Assembly (NCBI GenBank): GCA_011364905.1 | Contig: RDNZ01000001.1 | Span: 32,001-96,000, forward strand | DNA length: 64,000 nucleotides | Direction: 5' to 3' | DNA from: Candidatus Thorarchaeota archaeon | GTDB lineage: Archaea; Asgardarchaeota; Thorarchaeia; Thorarchaeales; Thorarchaeaceae | Shown: positions 58,299 through 64,000 of the stretch, piece after piece | Layout of the letters: every line of letters starts with the position of its first letter | Position numbering within the stretch: the first letter of the stretch is position 1 | The notes under the pieces: model-generated | Told to the model about the DNA's origin: nothing | The model's database searches: none | The model's input: the letters and a program-made list of their open reading frames with translations, nothing else | Program-made: the position numbers and the translations under genes

Positions 58299-59003
58299 CT
58301 ACTTCTCGCCATAATTTTGTTGCATCAATTTGACTACCTCATCTCGAGGTAGGATTTCAGCAGCGATAGTTGTCAAAGTCGCTTCTTCCATCTTGCCATT
58401 GGAAATCAATTGATAACCTGCTTGTTTTGTTGCTTCATAAATATGGTCCAGTTGAGCGCCTTGCTTCAATGCGGGTTCAATTATCCAAGCATATGGTCGC
58501 AATAAAGCTCCAACATATTCTCGATTCATGTTCTTGCTGATAGCTTTCACATGGGCAATAAGTGGATCGAAGTTATCCATCTCAGTAAAGCCAGAAACAG
58601 ACAGTAATGCTATCTTACCTGCTTTAACCCCCTCACGAAGAGCGTGTCTACAATGGTCATCCCGAAGCTCAAAGGCACCATGAAGGAGAGGTATCGATCT
58701 GTCAAGGAGTGTCTTGAGAGAACCTGTCATTCCATCGACATAGACAGGTGTGGCGAGAATGACAAGGTCCGCATCAGCAATACGTGAAAGAACAGCAGCC
58801 ATTTCATCATCCTGGATGCATTTCCCCGGTGTGCTTGTCCAACAATTGAAACATCCACGACAGTCGCCAAGTTCAAGACCTTTTGAGTAGAGAAGGTCCA
58901 CCTCAGCCCCTGCTTCTTCCATTCCTTTGATAAAATGCTTGAGTAAGCCCCCTGTTGCGCCGCGGTCCTTCCTAGGGCTACCATTCATCACTAGTACTTT
59001 CAT
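58299..59003 (-). CDS. Flavodoxin-family / iron-sulfur flavoprotein
   Basis: NGSPRK..T, CRGCFNCW......CIQDD, TPVY, LKTLLDR. Confidence 0.88.
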   Translation of the reverse strand: MKVLVMNGSPRKDRGATGGLLKHFIKGMEEAGAEVDLLYSKGLELGDCRGCFNCWTSTPGKCIQDDEMAAVLSRIADADLVILATPVYVDGMTGSLKTLLDRSIPLLHGAFELRDDHCRHALREGVKAGKIALLSVSGFTEMDNFDPLIAHVKAISKNMNREYVGALLRPYAWIIEPALKQGAQLDHIYEATKQAGYQLISNGKMEEATLTTIAAEILPRDEVVKLMQQNYGEK

Positions 59004-59125
59004 GTTGGTTACCTCTTCGCTTTTCTTAATTCATTACACATAAGCTTTGTACTTCGTTCTAACATGCTATTGGCAAAATCATATTCCTCTACTTCTGATG
59101 GTTGTACCATTTAGGGGAACTCTCT

Positions 59126-60268
59126 CTAGAATACTCGGTGTTTAATGTCAAGCCCTCTATCCCGGAGTTCCTTGATGAATGAATCAGGAGGAATGCATCG
59201 TTCAGGGGTAAGGACACCTCGCTTGGAGATTCGACCATCAGCCATCATCATTGCTGTTACTGCTGCAGGATATGATGTAGTTCTCATCATTGATGTGAGT
59301 CCAGTTTCATCATCAAAGTAATCGATTAGTTCGTACTCAATGTTCCGCGACTCAGTGCCCTTCCAGCCATCAATCATGATCCGCAGAAGGGTCACATCCT
59401 TTCCTGTGGGAGGTAGATTCTTCTCAAGAAGTTTTTCGAGGACCTTACGTGGAGCGATTTTGGAACCCTCAACTTCCAGCTCCGTACTATCCATGAGCCC
59501 TAACTTCATTAAACACCACATTTTGTGACCATGTCCTGGATATCGTATGGTCTTGTAGTCGAGTTCGTTAACCTTTCCTTCGTAGGTATTAGGCAACGTT
59601 GAGGTGCCTCCACTCGTATTGAATGCCTCAAGTTTTCCAAATGGCTCAGGAAACGTGATTTCCTCAAAGCCCACCAAAGGCTCTTCTATTGTGATTTTTC
59701 CATCTCTCAAAGCTACACAAGGTTCAATGTACTCGTTGATCAATCCTTCAACAGAAAAGATGAGAGCATAGTTAAGGGGAGGTCTGGGTTCTTGTTGCAG
59801 ACCGCCGACACGAATTTTCACACTCTCTACTCTATCAAGATATTCAATGCCTTCTCTTGCTAGTACATTGACCATTCCAGGTGCAAGTCCACAGTCTGGA
59901 ACCACTGTAACCCCGGCGTCTTTAGCCTTGTCATTCAACTCAAGCTGTTTCTGAACTATTGTCCATCCGCCGCCAAGGTCACACATGTGTGTACCAGTTT
60001 CAATCGCAACCTCGGTATGAAGGACATTGACAGTATAGCTTACTGCACTCACAACTGAGTCGACTTTCGAAAACGCTTTCATGAGCTGATCCCGATTCTT
60101 TGCATCAACTCTTTGTGGTGTGGCCTTGTCGCCTACTTCCTTAGCAAGAGATTCAGCGCATTTCGAGTCAATGTCTGCAACTATGATCTCATCAACACTG
60201 TCCTGTTTAACTAAATCATAAGCGGCACCTTTTCCCATCTGTCCAGAACCAAGAACAAGAACCTTCAT
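59126..60268 (-). CDS. Saccharopine dehydrogenase-family protein (lysine 6-dehydrogenase-like)
   Basis: GSGQMG, DLGG, DCGLAPG, VGGL, FSVEGLINEY, YKTIRYPGH, MMRTTSYP. Confidence 0.88.
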   Translation of the reverse strand: MKVLVLGSGQMGKGAAYDLVKQDSVDEIIVADIDSKCAESLAKEVGDKATPQRVDAKNRDQLMKAFSKVDSVVSAVSYTVNVLHTEVAIETGTHMCDLGGGWTIVQKQLELNDKAKDAGVTVVPDCGLAPGMVNVLAREGIEYLDRVESVKIRVGGLQQEPRPPLNYALIFSVEGLINEYIEPCVALRDGKITIEEPLVGFEEITFPEPFGKLEAFNTSGGTSTLPNTYEGKVNELDYKTIRYPGHGHKMWCLMKLGLMDSTELEVEGSKIAPRKVLEKLLEKNLPPTGKDVTLLRIMIDGWKGTESRNIEYELIDYFDDETGLTSMMRTTSYPAAVTAMMMADGRISKRGVLTPERCIPPDSFIKELRDRGLDIKHRVF

Positions 60269-60461
60269 TTCAGAATCCTCTCAAATTGCACTATTACACA
60301 TTTAGAAACGGCATGTAAAAACAGTTCCGTACCACGCTTCATATAGCTGGTTTATGCAGCGGGCTCATTTTCTCAAAGAACCATCGAAATAGTTTGACAA
60401 AGAATAAAATCGCCGCACAACTAAAAACACGGTCTGTTCACTCCTTGTCAGTGCGGCATGT

Positions 60462-62354
60462 TTATACTTCTCGTGAGAAAATTGGCTGGAGGGAGATCAT
60501 CTTTGGCAGGAGTAACCTCTGTTTAGGCGCAAAGGATGTCTTGTTGTTTATCTCCTTAACAAGCTCTTTTTCACTCATTACGACCTGGTCCTTTAACTCA
60601 CGCCTTCGAACAGCCAGTTTTCCGCTTTCCTTCTCTTTCTCACCTACGACACAAATGTACGGAATCCAAAGCTTTTCAGCGGACCTGATTTTCTTACCTA
60701 AGGTCTGTTGACGATCGTCTATCTCATAACGAATACCAGCTTTGTCTAGTGACTTGCCTAATGATACACAGTAGTCGATAAAGCTCTCATTAACTGGTAC
60801 CAATCGCACTTGCACAGGAGTCATCCAAAGTGGAAGATGAGGTACTTTACCGGTCTTCAAATCCTTGTATGCCTGCTCGAGCACTCCGTAGAGAATTCGC
60901 TCTATAGAACCCGATGGGGAGGTATGAAGGATCAGAGGATGTTGTTCTTTGCCTTCAGCATCAACATAGGTGATATTGAATCGTTCTCCATTCTCAACAT
61001 CGATTTGTATCGTGCCAAGACAAGCCGCTTTCTTTTGCTCATCGACAACGTTCCACTCGCCCTTGAAGATAAAATAGGCATACCGTTCATCGAAGAGTTC
61101 CAACATGACAGGCTTACCAACTTTCGCTACGACTCCTTCAACGAACTCTTTGTTTTCGTCGAAGAACGAGCGTAGAATCCTGAAGGAAACTTCGTAGGTT
61201 ACCTCTAGTTCGTTCATCAACTTAGTGACGAATACAAGCTGGTTGTTAACAGCGGTTTTTGCCATCTCTACATCTGCAACTATTTCATGGATATCCGGCA
61301 TTGTGAAGGCACGGGGTCTCCTCATGCCAGCCAACTCGCCGCTTTGCTCGCGCCTGTATGATGGAGCTATCTCAAACAGCTTCAGTGGTAGCTGCTTGTA
61401 AGTCACCAGAGCCTGAGATATTAATAGGAATTGCCCAAAGCAGGCCGAGAATCTGGCAAAATAGTCCTTGTCTCCAGACCGCACTACATACTGTCTTGAT
61501 GGGAACCTTTGAAGGTATGACTTCAACGACGGATGTTGATAATCATATATCAGCGGAGTTTGAACAACGTGCGCGCCGTAGTCCACCATCTCCGCAGTGA
61601 CGCGCTCCTCCACTGCTTTCTTCAAAGTCAGACCACGCGGAGGCCACCTGAAATTGCCCGCGTCGGAACCCGGTTCATAATCAACCAGCTCTAGCTGACG
61701 CATTAGCTCTATATGCGGAGGAGGTTCCTGGGCAGTTCTATCCTTTGCAGTTTCGTAGTTGACATAGAGCTCTAGTTCTTTGTGTTTGGCATATTTGAAC
61801 TCCTTCACGGGAGTCATCTTACCACTAGGATCCATGATGAAGAACTCAGACGTGGACTTCTCTTCAGCAACAAGAGCCGTTAGGTCCTCTCCTTCAGTGA
61901 CATCAACATCTGCAGTTTTCGCTATCTCCTTGGATATGTCTAGGACTTTCGAGCGTTCTGCAAGAGGGTGGCCTTTGCAATGAAGTCTAAAAGCTTTGTA
62001 CCAACCGAAGGGAACGCGGACTACTTTGAATCCTCTCTCTTTGAGGTCTTTCTCAACGCCCTTGAGCAGTTTCAGAGCAACCGACGGTTTCGATGGGCTT
62101 TCAGTCAGGTGAACCCATGGGTACACAATGATGTTTTTCTCTTTGACCTCGTCAGCGGCATTTGCTATCATTTCAGAAGTCGCTTTGATTGCCGCGTTTA
62201 CATTCTTGGCATCGGTTGTTTCAGCAGCGATGAAATTGACTAAGCAGGAATCCTCAGTATTATAGGACTTTTCTTTCACTTCTTCTGCGTTCTTGAGCGC
62301 TTTTCTCTTGGCTTCATAGGAAAAGCCATCGCTGTGAATCTGTAGCATCCTCAT
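60462..62354 (-). CDS. thrS: Threonine--tRNA ligase (archaeal type with DTD-like editing domain)
   Basis: MRMLQIHSD, YPWVHL, PFGWYKAF..HCKGHPLAE editing domain; SACFGQF, YRREQSGEL, FTMPDIH, ILHTSPSGSIER. Confidence 0.96.
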   Translation of the reverse strand: MRMLQIHSDGFSYEAKRKALKNAEEVKEKSYNTEDSCLVNFIAAETTDAKNVNAAIKATSEMIANAADEVKEKNIIVYPWVHLTESPSKPSVALKLLKGVEKDLKERGFKVVRVPFGWYKAFRLHCKGHPLAERSKVLDISKEIAKTADVDVTEGEDLTALVAEEKSTSEFFIMDPSGKMTPVKEFKYAKHKELELYVNYETAKDRTAQEPPPHIELMRQLELVDYEPGSDAGNFRWPPRGLTLKKAVEERVTAEMVDYGAHVVQTPLIYDYQHPSLKSYLQRFPSRQYVVRSGDKDYFARFSACFGQFLLISQALVTYKQLPLKLFEIAPSYRREQSGELAGMRRPRAFTMPDIHEIVADVEMAKTAVNNQLVFVTKLMNELEVTYEVSFRILRSFFDENKEFVEGVVAKVGKPVMLELFDERYAYFIFKGEWNVVDEQKKAACLGTIQIDVENGERFNITYVDAEGKEQHPLILHTSPSGSIERILYGVLEQAYKDLKTGKVPHLPLWMTPVQVRLVPVNESFIDYCVSLGKSLDKAGIRYEIDDRQQTLGKKIRSAEKLWIPYICVVGEKEKESGKLAVRRRELKDQVVMSEKELVKEINNKTSFAPKQRLLLPKMISLQPIFSREV

Positions 62355-62400
62355 GTAAAGACCTCAACTGATTCTGTGAGGTTTCATTTCTCACTTAAGC

Positions 62401-62997
62401 TTGGCGCAAGGGAGTAATGGAGAATATATAGTTCATTTTCTGAGTGAGAAGTTAAAAGGTGAAAAGGATGATACATTAATCGAAGGGTTTGTTTTGAAGA
62501 CCGAATTGTTGCTGCAATTCTTCAATTTTCTCCAAAATAATGTTGAACCTCTTCCAGAACCATTGAGAACAATTTTCTTCGATTCCCTGTTGCTATGCGC
62601 AATAATAATCCCCATACTTGCTTGTGCGATCTCGATGATACAATATAGAAGAACCAAGAAACGTGTGCAGGACTTGGGATCTTCTTGGGAGGAGGTTGAT
62701 GGTCAAATTCCCAAGACAGAAGATGTATGGCTTGATAACTTGCAAGGCTGTGGTCTTATACTACTAATTGTCTCTGCCGTCATATTTGTTATACTCTTTG
62801 TCATTTTTGGTGAAATAGTTCGTGATGTCACTGTAGTTATTCTGTTTAGTTTCGCGATTTTGTTTATAATGGTGATATGTCCAATAATGATGATTTGGGC
62901 TGTAAGAGTAGAATCTAGAAGGAATGCCGAGAGAATCAAACTGGCAGAGGAAAAGAGAACAAAACAAGAAACCGGAGACAACACGGAGTTCATGTAA
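62401..62997 (+). CDS. Hypothetical membrane protein (true start probably further downstream)
   Basis: Three hydrophobic helices and a charged tail. Confidence 0.5.
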   Translation: MAQGSNGEYIVHFLSEKLKGEKDDTLIEGFVLKTELLLQFFNFLQNNVEPLPEPLRTIFFDSLLLCAIIIPILACAISMIQYRRTKKRVQDLGSSWEEVDGQIPKTEDVWLDNLQGCGLILLIVSAVIFVILFVIFGEIVRDVTVVILFSFAILFIMVICPIMMIWAVRVESRRNAERIKLAEEKRTKQETGDNTEFM

Positions 62998-63042
62998 ATT
63001 CTCACCAAGCTCAATATAAGGCACAGATACAGATATGCAAAC

Positions 63043-64000
63043 ATGAAAGACATAGTTGTCGTATCAGCGTGCCGAAGTTCAATTGGTGCATTCGGAGGGT
63101 CATTGAAAGATCTACAGGCTCCAGAGCTTGGAGGACAAGTTATCAGAGCAGCCGTCGAACGGGCGGCAATCGATCCCGCAATCATTGGAGACCTTCGATT
63201 TGGAAACTGCTTCGAACCGCCAAAGGCATTGAATGTTGCTAGAATCTCAGCATTACTTGGAGGTATTCCATGGACTGTGCCTGCAGTCACAATCAATAGA
63301 GTGTGTACTTCAGCAATGGAAGCAATCATCAGTGGTGCACTCCAAATCCAGACGGGATTCACCGATGTTGTTCTTGCTGGCGGCGTCGAATCAATGTCAA
63401 ATGTACCATATTGCGTGGAGAACGCACGTTGGGGCATGAGACTCTTCGATGGTGTCTTTATGGATGCGTTGACCACGGGACTTCATGCTGGAAGTCACTT
63501 CTATCCTCATCCAGAAACAGGAAAAAACTACATCATGGGTGAAACAGCCGAGTTTCTCAACGACAAGTATGGATTCTCCAGAGAGGACCAAGACATCGTC
63601 GCATTAAACTCACAGAACAATGCAGAGAGGGCAACTAATGAAGGGGAGTTCAAGGAGGAGATTGTCCCCATTGAGGTCAAAGGTCGAAAAGAAACGAAAC
63701 TGGTTGAGAAAGATGAGCATTTCAGACCCGGGCTCACAATGGAAGATCTTGCGAAACTGCGACCAGCTTTCAGAAAAGACGGAACAGTGACAGCTGGTAA
63801 CTCCAGCGGAATCAACGATGGTGCGGCTGCGTTGGTCATCTTGTCACAAGGGAAAGCAGATGAGTTGGGAATTAAACCACTAGCAAGACTTACAGGCTAT
63901 GGTATGGGATGTAGTGAACCTCATCTGATGGGAGAGTCTCCAATAGCGGCTGTCAAGAACTTGATTGAAAGGACTGGTCAGGGATTCGAAGATTGGGAAT
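63043..64000 (+). CDS. Acetyl-CoA C-acetyltransferase (thiolase), 3' partial; absent from the ORF track
   Basis: Manual translation: MKDIVVVSACRSSIGAFGGSLKD, INRVCTS (catalytic Cys), GGVESMSN, MGETAE, GTVTAGNSSGINDGAAA; runs off the window end. Confidence 0.93.
   Translation, partial: MKDIVVVSACRSSIGAFGGSLKDLQAPELGGQVIRAAVERAAIDPAIIGDLRFGNCFEPPKALNVARISALLGGIPWTVPAVTINRVCTSAMEAIISGALQIQTGFTDVVLAGGVESMSNVPYCVENARWGMRLFDGVFMDALTTGLHAGSHFYPHPETGKNYIMGETAEFLNDKYGFSREDQDIVALNSQNNAERATNEGEFKEEIVPIEVKGRKETKLVEKDEHFRPGLTMEDLAKLRPAFRKDGTVTAGNSSGINDGAAALVILSQGKADELGIKPLARLTGYGMGCSEPHLMGESPIAAVKNLIERTGQGFEDWE

Noticed and set aside
62703-63839. Minus-strand ORFs of 257 and 103 aa
   Set aside because: Antisense shadows of the thiolase and the upstream membrane gene.
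1-64000. CRISPR array, rRNA operon, transposase or integrase
   Set aside because: No regularly spaced repeats, rRNA signature sequences or recombinase motifs were recognised.
1-64000. Selenoprotein or recoded-stop genes
   Set aside because: The recognised enzymes appear full length, and I saw no in-frame TGA/TAG at a catalytic position; not exhaustively tested.

Overview
Archaeal chromosomal window, most likely from an Asgard archaeon (Thorarchaeia-like). This is inferred from archaeal-type TyrRS/ThrRS, NosD and LRR surface-protein families, a Rab-like fold, a longin-like domain and a eukaryote-like PPP phosphatase. The left third holds a MacB/FtsX-type ABC transporter, small membrane and surface proteins, a PIN-domain protein, a pseudo-GTPase/SLOG/PPP-phosphatase trio and a DUF362-UbiA-PHP-flippase operon. 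The middle holds two translationally coupled, paralogous ~2560-aa single-pass surface proteins with Ig-like repeats and conserved cytoplasmic tails. Nearby are a membrane-anchored metzincin, a candidate ~113-nt tRNA-like ncRNA, and a third member of the same receptor family carrying a LamG insert and a longin-like cytoplasmic tail next to an LRR gene. The right third is amino-acid and central metabolism (PLP enzyme, ppdK, Thr dehydrogenase, Thr dehydratase, Lys/saccharopine dehydrogenase, thrS, partial thiolase). I recognised no CRISPR array, rRNA, canonical tRNA or transposase. All family assignments come from motif recognition by eye, not database searches.
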